Source: the human T2T-CHM13v2.0 reference genome, Homo sapiens. Taken from it: a stretch of DNA of 64,000 nucleotides. The translations under genes and the position numbers were made by a program. Positions 30,943 to 44,350 of the stretch are shown here, in pieces. A model generated the notes under the pieces. The model was not told the origin of the DNA and made no database searches. It was given only the letters and a program-made list of their open reading frames with translations. The stretch lies in the NCBI RefSeq assembly GCF_009914755.1, contig NC_060940.1; one strand, 5' to 3'. Position 1 is the first letter of the stretch, and every line of letters starts with the position of its first letter.

Positions 30943-33900
30943 GAGGTACAGACAGTGCATGACATATACAGAAACTTCCTGCATGGGGGCCCCAGAATAC
31001 TCATTCCATCTTAGGTATTTCATAAAGTCTAGCTGTTGTTCTTTGTGTCTTCAAGAGCATCCTCCAGATTTCCTAACCCATTTTAATCTTCGAGCTCTTG
31101 AAGCTAATTGGCCACTCCCAGTTGCCAGGCAGTTGAGATGTTCCGTTCACATTTTTTTTTTAAATCCAGAAATTATGTAGGAAAAGTTCTAGTTATTCAC
31201 CATGTACTGACTTGGAACTGTGCCCATTTGATACTAAAAGGGAACGGGCAGACATTGCCAAACAGCCTTTCTTTTCTTCCTTCCCATCCTCCATTTTAAT
31301 TTTATTTCTTGGAAGTGTAGCATGGCTGCCTATCAGAAACCTTTGGATTCTCACTTCATTTGCTCCCTGCCTCTTAGTCTAGGTTCCTGGACTCATGAGG
31401 ATAGGAAGATAAACACATGATTCCTGATCTCTTTGAATTAGTAGCATCAATGGGGGAAGACACTCATTAAATAGATTACACAACACAATTTTAAAAAGAA
31501 GAGAAAGGAAGCTGAACTCTGCCAGACAAAGGTACATAGATAGGGTTTCTAGGAGAAGCCAGAGCTGAGTCCAGAAAGGAGTTACCTAGAGCAAGGAAAA
31601 GATTTCCTGGAAAAAGACAAAGCCTCTGCAAAGGCATGGAGGTGTGAAACTGCACTGCTGTTCCGGTTTGAGTCCAGTTTTCCTCACTTAGGGGGTTGGC
31701 AGCAGAGTAAACAGTTTTCGACACTTCCTCCTTCCTGTCTGTGATGGGAAACATCCCTTCTAGGCTTGTCCCTGCCCCTTCAGGGGCCAGGAATGATCCC
31801 CTGCATGCCGTATGGAGACTACTGCTCAGCAGAAAGGGTTCCGATGCCCCATCTGAGACCTTGGCACTGGCTTACTCCCTTCCTCACTGGAGGATTCAAA
31901 ATCCTGCTGGAGAGTGGCTGTGGGACATCTTGCCAGGTTGTGGGGATGCCGATGATCCCGGCACTCAGAGTGGGCGAACGTGACAGGCTTTGGAACGGGC
32001 TCTGATTATTCTGAGATTGAGGTCTGTCCCATGGAGCCAAATGTCTGCCAGGTGCTGATACAGTCATCGACAGTCCAGGCTGCGCAGGTTTCTTGTTAGA
32101 GTGGGTGAGCCAACTTTATAAGAACCAGGAAAGAAGAGAAAACACGTGAAGTAGATTGAAGCTATTTCAATCTGTAAAAGTTAGTTACATGTAGTGTGTA
32201 AATCTATTTGAACTTCAGGCATGCAAATTTCCTGCCATGAACAGGCGGAAGAAAGATTGGTTGAAAAAAAACACTATTTTTAGCAAAGAGGGTAGAAGTG
32301 GAGACTTGTTTTTAAAAATGTATTATAATTCAATCATATGCATTAATCCTTCTGAGGATCAGGTATTTTCCTAGGTGTTGGGGATGAAAAGATGAGTATG
32401 ATTTGGCTCTACCGCAGGTGGATTTTGTAGTTCAGACGACCAATGTCTAAGTAGAAAATTGTAGTAGAGGACCACGAAGGATCTATCAGGGAGGTTTAAA
32501 AATGCAAGATAAGAGCATAGTGTAGGTAATAACTAATTCACCCCTGAGGACAAGGGAGAGAAGAGGTCACTTTTAAACTATGTTGGAGGAGGACAGGGGA
32601 AGCCCCTCCGCCTCCTTTTTTTTTTTTTTTTCTTTTAAGTTGAACCACATGAACTTGGCAACATTCAATTCTATTTGACAAAAAAAAAAAAAAAGTCAAT
32701 TTGAAATGGTTTAATCTAACTCTAAGAGCAGGAACAGCATGAAGGTTTCATCCACTTCACCAACTCTAATCAAATGGGAATCATTGCCTACTGGCTGTGT
32801 TGAGAATGATTGTGAGGATTCCAGGCCAATAGGAAAGGATAATATTGAAATTGATTAATTCCGTTCTGGCTAAAGAATGGGTAGGTAGTGGTATAAATTG
32901 ACCCCATTTGCCATCCCTAGATTATAAGGAATTTGATAAAAGCACAGAAGTCTGAGAAGTACAGGATGTCATCATGTGATACAAATGAAGGTTCCTGGCA
33001 TTTGGCAGTAGAAGGTTTATGTTGAAGGCTAGGGACAGATAGAAGATCCAGCTCAGTGGACTCAATGAAGAGCTATGTTGAAGCTATATTGAGAAGTGCT
33101 TTGAATGACCTTGTAGGCCCTCTCCATACTGCTGCTTGTACCTTATTACCTATTTGACTTACTTTTTAAAACAAACACACTTACCTTTCCCTGCCCAAAA
33201 AAATGCATGGAGGTTGCAGTGTTCTCTGCTGCTTTGGTTTTGTCGAATTCAAAGCGTCCTTTTAAGAAAAGGTCACAAAGCACTAAGGGAACATACAGTA
33301 AGTACTTTCCAAATTAAATTGGAGGATGCTTTTAGATAAAACAAAAACCAAGTCCTGTGAAGGCATAGATTTTGTTTTACAAAAGGTCAAAATCATTGCA
33401 TAAAGATTTTTTTTTTTTTTAACTACGAAGAAAGTATCCAAAGAAAATATTTCAGTCCAGGTTCTCAGAATCCACAGCATTAAAAAAAATTAGGAATGCT
33501 TCATTATGCCGTGCCAGAGGTTAGCTTTCCAGGCAAAAATCTGTGCTGTGTCCCAGTGGAATTCTATAAATTGCATCGAGGATATTGAAAATTGACCCAA
33601 GGGTTTTAACCATACAATACTGAAATGTCCTTCTGTGTATGTTTGTGTTACAGTTATACATTTTTCTTTTGAAATTTAGCACCCCAAGAAACTTCATAGC
33701 TGATTTTAAGTGTTTTTTTAAACCAGGCGTGCACAGGAGAGAAGGTTGAGGAGCATTCCCTAAATCCACTTGCTAGGATCCTATCGTAGATGATTCCGAC
33801 CTGATAACTCTCTGTATATCCTATAGAAACACATTCATTTATTTCTAAGATTTCTAGCAGTGAGCAGAAGCACATAGATAACCGCTGCAGAGTCACACAG

Positions 33901-34111
33901 GAGTACTCATTGATAAACACCACTGACTGTAGAGGGGACTAACTGTCTTTCCTGGTAGGTAGCTTGCCTCCCCTTGCTTGGTTTCATATCCCAATCTCCA
34001 TTCTTTGGAGTTTGGTTTGTTTGCTGTTAATCCCCAGTGACCTGCTAAAACTGGAAATACCTGAGGCGAGGTTAAACCATGGAAAGTATCATCTCATACG
34101 TTGTGATAAAC

Positions 34112-34404
<293 letters not shown>

Positions 34405-35559
34405 GATAAACTGTTTTTAAATGAAGAAGAAAGAACTATTAGTTTAGCACAGGTGAATCATACTGACACTCCGCCAGACTCTTGATATATTTACTACCCA
34501 GAGAAGGTTAGTTAATTTCGAGTTAATTTCACTGTTGTGTGAAGGGCTATTTTGCGGGTGGGGGTGGCTGTTCTCCAGCTATAAGCATGGGAAACCAGAT
34601 CGAAAAAGACCATGGGACATTCCTTCAGGTAGAACCTCTGGCCCTGGGCTGCTTCTCCCTGGGAAAAAGTGGATGGAGTTGTCAGACCGGTAACAGGGGA
34701 AGAGTGAGATGGGTTAGAAAGAATTGTGTCTGGTTTACTGTCCCTTGATGACATCACCGTGCAGTCCCTCTGTGTGGCAGGACCCCACACGCTTTGGAAG
34801 TTTTAACTACATTTTTGTTGATCATAGGGAAGATACAGAAGGAGCATAGAACCATTCCCTAGGGCAAGTCTCCAAGGATATAGAAAAGTTCCCTGTTCTG
34901 CGGGTGCACTTGTAAGGTTGGCTTCTTATCATGGGAGATTGCTTTCCCGTTGCGGTCCTGACAGGGGAATCCAAATCAAACTGGGGCGGTTGACCTTCCC
35001 CAGTCAAGGAAGTGACCAGAAACCACAGGGAGGTATTTCCATCACCAGTAATGGCCTTAAAACTCCTCAGAATTCTAATTATTTTCAAAGTCTTGGAGTT
35101 TGAGCTTTGCAGCAGTGGGAAAGTAGCACTGATACCCTGACAATTCCTGACCCCAGTCATCCCTGGAGTGGGTGGTTGTTCAAAATCTGTCATAGATTGA
35201 GGAGGTATCTCAGGATTCCACCATTATTTGCCGCTGTAAAATTCCACCTTGCAAGGATGAACCCAGTGCCCTTCGCTTTAAATCAGGAGGAGGCAAGTCA
35301 TTGCTGCAATGCAGCCGCAGTTTGCAGGATGAGCTAGGCAGCCTTTCTGGCTGGAAGGCAGAGAGCTTTAGGGAAGAAAGCGGGAATACAGAAGCCGAAG
35401 ATTCTCTCATCCAGTGTCCAGTGTGGGTCCAGGGTGGGTCCCAGGGATGGCAAAAAGTTGCAATTTTTCTTTCTCCGCCTTACTTCTGTTCTTCCTCTGA
35501 AGAACTGATTCGGAAAGACTGACATTTGAAGGAAGTTACCGTTTTCTCTAAACCTATCA

Positions 35560-35790
35560 ACATGTATGCTTACTATTGATTGAGTGATTATTACATGCCA
35601 GCCCCTGCCCTGGGTACGTCTCCAGTCATATGATGCACAGCCATTCTCGGAGGTAGGTATATTTACCCCTGTTTTCCAGATGGAAACACTGAGGCACAGA
35701 GAGGTACAGTGACTTGCCAAGATCACACAGTGAAGAGGTGTCTGAGTCAGGCTTACTATCTAGCTCCCTCCAATATTTCTCAAGTTCCCT
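35560..35790 (-). mobile_element. MIR
   Basis: CAGATGGAAACACTGAGGCACAGAGAGGTACAGTGACTTGCCAAGATCACACAG. Confidence 0.82.
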
Positions 35791-36048
35791 TTTCAGTATG
35801 CCACGCTGCTTCCATTCCTGATCTGAACCTGGGCCCTGGGGCAACCAGAGTCCGCTACACAACCCCGTGTGAAAAGTCATGACGTGTGCTTGGTGGGCCG
35901 GGTTGTGGTGGGTGGGGGGGCTTCCATTGATTCCCTTTGGCTAAGGCAGGGGGCTTTGTTGGGTACCCTTGTCCTGCGCTCTGGGATGTGGCTATGTTTT
36001 CATTTCTCTGCATTTCTCGGTTGCATTGCCGTGATCTCTCAGGTGTAG

Positions 36049-36207
<159 letters not shown>

Positions 36208-36657
36208 TGACATAAATCTGAGTCCAATCACCTTCCCTGCCATGTAAGTTCTCTCCCCCTCCCTCTGCCCCACCCTCTCTTGTGGCTCTCTCTGAGGTGA
36301 AGTTAATTTTCATAAGCATGTCTGTCTCCCATGCCACTTCCCAGATGTCCTGGACATTCTCTGTTAGATCCGTCAGGATTGGGTCCAATGGTTGGGAATG
36401 TGGGCATGGGGTTGGTGGGGAGGGGCATGGGAGGGTGGGAAGCTTTAGCTCATTGCCTGCCTTCTATCATAGCTTTGCAAATTAATATAAAAATAATTTA
36501 AATAGCATATACAGGCCACCCCAAAGGCACCCTTGCCTAGTAAAAGATGCTTAACCAGGATTCTTGTACACAGTTGTCTCACGATGGAAAATACCACTAG
36601 CCTGCAGCTAGTCACTTGTTTGCAAGGCTGTTCTGTCCTTTGCTATGTAATTCCAAT

Positions 36658-36684
36658 GAGGAGGAGGAGGAGGAGGAGGAGGAG
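36658..36684. repeat. (GAG)n trinucleotide microsatellite
   Basis: About 9 perfect GAG units. Confidence 0.9.
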
Positions 36685-37351
36685 CAGAGAGAGAAATGTG
36701 GTTCCCCCCTCATTTAATCAAGTGCAGGGGCAGCAACATTAAATAACTGTCTTTTAAAAAATCGGGGCACTTTTAAACGTAGATAAGTATACCCATCCAG
36801 TGCGGGAGGGAAGAGACCCAAAATAAATACAGGAAGTAGATCACAACATTGACATGGAAGAACCGAAGATTTCTCTGCCTCGGATGGATGCTCTGGGTTC
36901 AAGGATGCCCTATCCTCACCCCAATTCCCAGAGCAGGTAGAAGAATTAAAGCCGCCACTGACTCTACCATGTTCTCCCAGAGGGTATACCCCTTCTTAAA
37001 GAATCTCCCAGCCACAGCTGAAACTTTAACATCTGTTTTATACAATGTGTGTAAATCCTGTGGAGTTGCCGTAACTGCAGAATGAGTCGTCTTTAGGGTC
37101 AGTGCTTAAAAGTGAGTCTGGGTGCCTGGAGTGGGGGTGGGGCTGTTTCTCAGAGTAGTTGTAAAAGGCAGGGATGGGGAGGAGAGCAGGAGTACCAGGC
37201 TCAAGGGATAAGAGACGTAGGAGAATCCTCACCATCGTGCCAAAACCAAACATCTTCGTTTCCTAAATTGCGAAGCTGAGGAAAACCAACCTCCTCACTG
37301 TTGGGGCAGCACCTCCCTGTTACCAGCAGTCACAGGGAATCAAAAATATAA

Positions 37352-37704
<353 letters not shown>

Positions 37705-40700
37705 AGACTATAATCTTTAATGGCAATTTTGGCATTAATTAAATGCAAGACATTTTTCTGTGCCTCCCAAGAAGCCCAAATCTAATCATATTGGCAAGAA
37801 GTGGTTCTTTCTGAATTTGTGACAACAAATTCAGAAGGGCCTCCTTGGGGCCAGTGTAAATGTGTGTGCATGTATCTCCTGAAATTGTAATGTTACTACA
37901 CATTTTCACATGTCCAGCCTTGTGTATTCCTCTCAAAACCAGCACCAGGTAGGTATCACAATGTTTGCTTTACAACTGAGGAAATGGAGGGCAATCCCAG
38001 AGCCAGTGTGTAATAGATTTGTCTTCTGAACCTGGGAACATTATTCAACCTTCAGCTACCTTTCTGAGTCCATTTGACTAAATCTGATCGCTGTACCGTT
38101 TACCTAGCCTTCCTCGTCTATATTATTTTCTGAAAGAGAGTTGGTGTGCCAAAACTTACCATAGGGCTGGGTCCTAGAGTATTATTTTTTTCTCTAACAT
38201 TGCGGTCCTATAGAAGTGTCTGGGATAAAATCTTTATGCTATCCAGCATAGTGCTGATGGAACTGAGACACTCATTTTTATGTTATATTAATTAGCCATA
38301 TAGGGGCTAATGGTTACCATATTGGACAGTATGGCTCTATATGATGATATGACATATCTATATTTCAATTTTCTTTACAGAAGTGAACAAAACAATCAAC
38401 TCCAAAAGTGTGCTAGTTTGAATTGGTATAGCTATTCTAAAGTGAATTGGGGAAGCATCTCTCACATCACATGAAAATATTTCCCAAATTCTCCATAATA
38501 AAATAGCTGAAGCATAGAGAGAAAATGAAACCATCTAAAGCGAGGGCCACCCAAGCCAGCCCATGGCCTGTGTTACAAGGCTTATGAATGAAGAATGGTG
38601 TTTAGATTTTCCAAGGATTGAAAAAAACAAAACAAAAACAAAGAATGTGCCAGAGACCAAGGTGGCCTGCAAAGCCTAACGTTTTAACAGTCCGGCTCTT
38701 TACAGAAGAAGTGTACTGATCTCCAATTTAAAGGGTGGATTTTAGTATTAAAAATACAAAGTGGCAATATCACTGCACTGTGTGTAGCTGTACCTTTTTC
38801 TATGTTTAAAGTAAAAATTAACAATTATGAAATTGTATAATGTGCATCCAACATCCTTCATTTCTAAATTGTATCAGTCGTATTACCTGCACATTATATG
38901 CCATGTGCTTTTTATAAAAATATGTTAATGAACCCATAGTATTGTTTCATTATATTATATTTTAATCTGTTCCCCCATTCTTGAGAACTTAGGTTCATAG
39001 CAGTTTTTTTTCAAAAATATTAAACAAAATAAACACCCTTCAATAGAGCAGTTTTAAAGAAAATAGCTAATTTTACCACCCCATTAAAAAGCAAAATGAA
39101 AACTAGTTTCTTACATTAAGAATCTTCACTTGTCGAGGCTTAAGCAAGGGCATTCAGATGGTCAATCTCGATTAGTATTTTGTAATGGTGACCAACTCTG
39201 AGACCCCTCCCTCTCCAATTGGGTAGGCAGAGGGGCCTTCAGTTATTTCTGTTTGCAGGCTGTGCATTGGTGTTGAATGTTAAGTTTATCCGCAAATCCC
39301 TAAGACACATTGCTGCGGTTTCCTTTCTCTTTTATGGCTTTTCGGTCTAGGCTGTTTGTGGATTGCTGGCTTGGCAACATTCACTTAGGTTTTTCTCTTC
39401 CAGATTAGGTGCATATTCTACTACAAAACCATTCCCCATTTCCTGCAACAGGTCAGCTGGCACATAAAGGGTTATTTTTACATGCAGGCCTGTGCGCACA
39501 CACACACACGAGTTATATTCATGGTCATCCAGGATTTTTCTTCTCCCAACAGTTTCGATTTGCACAGGGCTGAGAGTCACATATTTTATCTTTGCTCTCT
39601 GATGGGTGCAGACTTTTTCTCTAGGAATCCAACCATTGCCCTCAAAGCTGAGGCTACCATACTTTTCAGCAATTGTGTAGGATGCTCTTGTTTTTTAACT
39701 TGAAAATGCATATGTTCCTCATTTCTGTTTAACAGCTGTGCTCCTGAAGGAAGGTGTGTGTAAATTACACTTTTGTATGTTGGATCCTATGTGTCTACAG
39801 ACTTGCAAGATAACTCTGGAGCTTCGTTTTTGTTTTTTTGCGTTTTTTTCCTCCATGGATCTTTAACTGGCCTTTGATTTTTGTTTTTTTTTTTTTCGAG
39901 ACTTAAATTGTACCTCTTCCTAGTCAAATAGCTAATCATCTGTAAATAACATCCTTAAATGCAGTAGGGGAGATGGTTTTTAAAGGAACCCTGCTGAATT
40001 AGTCTGTAATGAAAATAATTCCTACTGAAGTTATCTGCTTTTGATATGCATTTTTGCATAACAGTGAGGTTTTCTCCCCCATTAAGTGAATCATCCTAAC
40101 AATGTGACCCAGGACTCATAAAAGTATTAAGAGAAAGATTTTCACTGATAACTTTGTGTCCATACAACTAATTCCGTAGACTCTTCCATCGGACCCCAAA
40201 TGACTCCACTTTTTCTCCGTCACCCCTGAACTTCATGCAGGTTTAAAACCCTAGTTCAAATTGTGTCACAGGTCATCATGCATCCTCTTACACGTCCTAA
40301 TAAACTACTCTCATCCAGAGTGTAAAATGGGCCTGCTTTCTATGAAACTTAAATGAAGAAAGAACAAAACTCTAGAGAATTAGGCAACATCACCTAGTGT
40401 CAAATGGAAAACATTTGCAATTAATATTTTTCAATAGGCTTTCAATAGAAACAATTCAACCCCTTAACAGAAAGGTTTAGTGAAATGGGCAGGGCTGCTT
40501 GGTATGTGGACTGTTCATTCCATTCCGAAGGCCAGTGGTCAGCCTGCTCCTCTTGTTGAGGGGAAAGGTACTAGGTGTATTATTGCCAGCGCTGTTTTGC
40601 ATATGGCGAATGCTCAACATCAAAATTGGCACCAGGCAGAAATAGGAAGGTAAAGAACATACCACATCTCTTCCAAATTAATACATGAGTTTCATTTTCA

Positions 40701-41273
40701 TTAGTTGAAGTATCTAAAGGTAAATCATTGGTTCCATGAATGAAAAAGTTCACTTCTGATTCAGATTAGCAAAGCCAGCTACCGCAGATCCTTATTTACA
40801 TATGAAGTAGATGTTTCCAGAAGCACGTAAATGTTTATTTTGTTTTCTTCAGGATTTTATGAATATGTTTTAAATTACAATAGTAACAGGTGCTCATTGC
40901 AATCAATGTGAAGTGTGCAAATAAACATACACACCATTGTAATAATGTGGGAATAATATCCCCACTTTATCCAGTAACATAAACCCTTAAAAGTGTGTGG
41001 ACGCCCAGTATCTTTCTACATTTTCTCCGTGGTTATTCAGGAAAGGACATACACACATGCAATGGTGGGGGCGGGGGACGGTGTGTTATTAGTTTGACTT
41101 TACAGAGGAGAGTATACACAGATGTTACATGGGCATTACATATATCAATCATATTTAGTTTGTTTCACATAATACATTGTGACCGTCTCCCTTTAAGCCT
41201 TTTAGATATTTTCATCCAGTTTGTTTAATGACATAAATGGTTGACAGTCAATTCAACCATTCTCTATCCATAG

Positions 41274-41611
<338 letters not shown>

Positions 41612-42138
41612 AAGCTACCTCTTTTTCTATTCCCTCCACAAGGAGATAGTAAAAATATTTGCAAATACCCTTACGTGCAACTACATCCATTCTACACTTA
41701 ACATTGCCAAACATGGAACTGTTGGTTCCCTTCCAGCATGCTTGCCAGCACTGCCATGTTTTGCTCTATTTTGCAAATTGCATAGTGAAAAATAACATCT
41801 CAATTTGTTTTAGTTTGTCTCTGCCTTTCTCCTATTAATGATCACCGTCTTTCACATTTTTCATTTAGACTTTACCTCTTTGAATTTCCAGTATACATCT
41901 TCCTGTTTGAGATTTTTCTTATTTTATTATCAGTTCACACGTGAGTGACACTTGTTTACTAGGATAACCTATGAATGGTTCAGATGTTACACGTGTATTT
42001 CCTGTTTTGACGATTGATGTTGCTCACATTCCACCATACATTTTTAATTACATAGGCAAATGTATCTGTCTTTTCTGATCATTTTAGACGTCATTTTGGA
42101 TTACAAAATCCCTGTCAAGAGCAAGTTTTGTTTTGCAC

Positions 42139-42544
42139 CGTATCAGTCAGTTTGGGCTGCTATAACAAAATACCGTAGACTGGGAGGCTTAAGCCACAGA
42201 CATTCATTTTCTCAAAGTTCTGGAGGCTGGAAGTCCAAGATCAGGGTGCCAAGAAAGTTAGGTTCCGGTGAGGGCTTTCTTCTTGGCTTACAGATGGCCA
42301 CCTTCTCCCATGTTTTCACAAGAGAGAGACAGAGACAGAGAGAAACAGACAGAGAGAGAGAGGAATAGAGCAATCTCTGGTGTCTCTTCATATAAGGGCA
42401 TGAATCTTATGAAGGGCCCACCCTCAGGACCTCATCTAAACCTAATTACCTCTCAAAAGGCCCCATTTCCACAAAGCATCACATTGGGGGTTACGGCTTC
42501 CACATATGAATTTGAGTGGAGAGGACATAATTTAGTCCGTAGCA
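42139..42544 (-). mobile_element. MLT1A-like MaLR LTR
   Basis: GGGCTGCTATAACAAAATACCGTAGACTGGG...CTGGAGGCTGGAAGTCCAAGATCAGGGTGCC...ATATGAATTT...TAGTCCGTAGCA. Confidence 0.85.
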
Positions 42545-43689
42545 AGCCCCTTGATACAGGGATGTCAGTTTTATTTGTCAAGGGCTAGAAAAGCATTTTC
42601 TGGAAGAAATTTCTTTATTGTTCCGTATGCTTATCAATGCCAATGAGCGCGTTTTCCACAGTTCCATGAAAGCCAGAGTTGAACAGTAGATCCCCATCAG
42701 GATAAATCCTAAAGTTAATAGAAGATTAATTATCGTTTCCCCTGAAATTTTCACCCTGATACCCTTCCCTCCTCAAAAAAAAAAAAGAAGGAAAAAAAAG
42801 ATATCATGGGCAAATGCTTGGGAACCTGAATGTTATCAAAATGCAAAATCAATTCCTCATTTATTCACTTCTATGAAACTCAAGGGCAGGTGGTAGGGGC
42901 ATAGTTTCAACTGATATATTGATTGCAGATTTTAAGGAAGTAATTGTGTGGAATTCATAAAACGATGATTTAAGTGGCAGAAACATACATAAATCAGGCC
43001 TGTACTATTTTACTTTTAGGTAATTGATAGAACTTCCATGGGTTTCTGTAATTAAAGTAAGGACCTAAATTAATTTACGGCTTCCTTTTTCTTCTGCACA
43101 ATACAGAAAATGTCAGTGGGCTGGACTCAGTTACTAGAAAGGACACATACAGGTCATTTTGTTACTGACACATTGGTGTAAAGAATTGTGTCTTCTTTTT
43201 CCCTCACTTGCCAGTGTCTGACAGCTTCTTGATTTCCTCCTAGATATTTTTCTACTATTTTATGGAGGGGGTGCTTAACAATAACTAGCTCCGGGACTAG
43301 GGTAAGCAAGTGACGTGCTCACTTCAAAGATTAAAGGGGTATCCAAATACCTCATAAATAGCATTTTAATGCAATATTTTTAAAAATCTAAAGTAACAGA
43401 AAAAGATCCATGATTAACAGAATATCAAGACAGAATAAGTTTTATTCCTTTTTCCTTTTGGAGCCTTAAGATCCCATATGGCTTAATCCAGCACTATTTC
43501 AATTTTGATAGTCTGCTCATCGTGGATTTAAAAAATAATTTGGGTGTTAAAAGATTGCATTAAAACATGATCTATCTCCATTACAGAGTTTTTTGGTGTT
43601 TCCTCCCTTCCACCCCCCACTTAAGTTCTGCAACTACAGTGAACGCCTGTTAACCTAGTTGCAGCCCTGAAATCATGATGATATCCATA

Positions 43690-43905
43690 ATCATAAGTAG
43701 TGGTTATTGGGCACTCACTATATGTCAGGCATTGTGCTAAGCCCTTCTCATTAGCTTTCTTAAGAAGGAACTATAGGACAGGTATGATTAATTATGCTAC
43801 CTTTTCTCAGGAGGAAATTTAGGCTTGGGGGCGTTAAGAAGCTTGTCCGAGATCACCCAGCTAGATCAGCTTTGAACCAAGCCTGTTTAAATCCCAAGCC
43901 GCCTT
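43690..43905 (-). mobile_element. MIR
   Basis: CACTATATGTCAGGCATTGTGCTAAG...GAGGAAATTTAGGCTT...GATCACCCAGCTAG. Confidence 0.7.
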
Positions 43906-44095
43906 CTTCACTACTCTCTCAACTTAGCCCCAGAGGCTGGAAACAGGATGGACTCCAAGAAATGGCTGAGCAGGGAGTGGTCACGGGGAAACTCTCAGCA
44001 GCTGTCCAGCAACTCTATTTGGGCCAAGGCTGTGCTGTCTCCTCCCCATCCCATCATGTTTGGAGAGGCAGTTTTCCCCTCTTTGAGATGTCTGG

Positions 44096-44350
44096 CCAGG
44101 GCTTAGCAAAATTATTCTGTAAAAGGCTGGATGTTATTAATATTTTCAGCTTTACAGGCCATCTAGCCTCTGTTGCAGCGACTCAACTCTTGTTACAGCT
44201 TGAAAGTAGCCATAGACTACTGTACATATAGCCATAGACTTCTAGGTTGAAACATGAATGAATAGGCGTGACTGTGTTCCAATAAAACTTTATTTACAAA
44301 AATGGTCTGTAGGCCAGATTGGGCCCAAGCGCCATAGTTTACCCATCTCT
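44096..44350 (+). mobile_element. MER58A-like
   Basis: GCAAATTATTCTGTAAAAGGC...GGCGTGACTGTGTTCCAATAAAACTTTATTTACAAAAA...GGCCAGATT. Confidence 0.8.
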
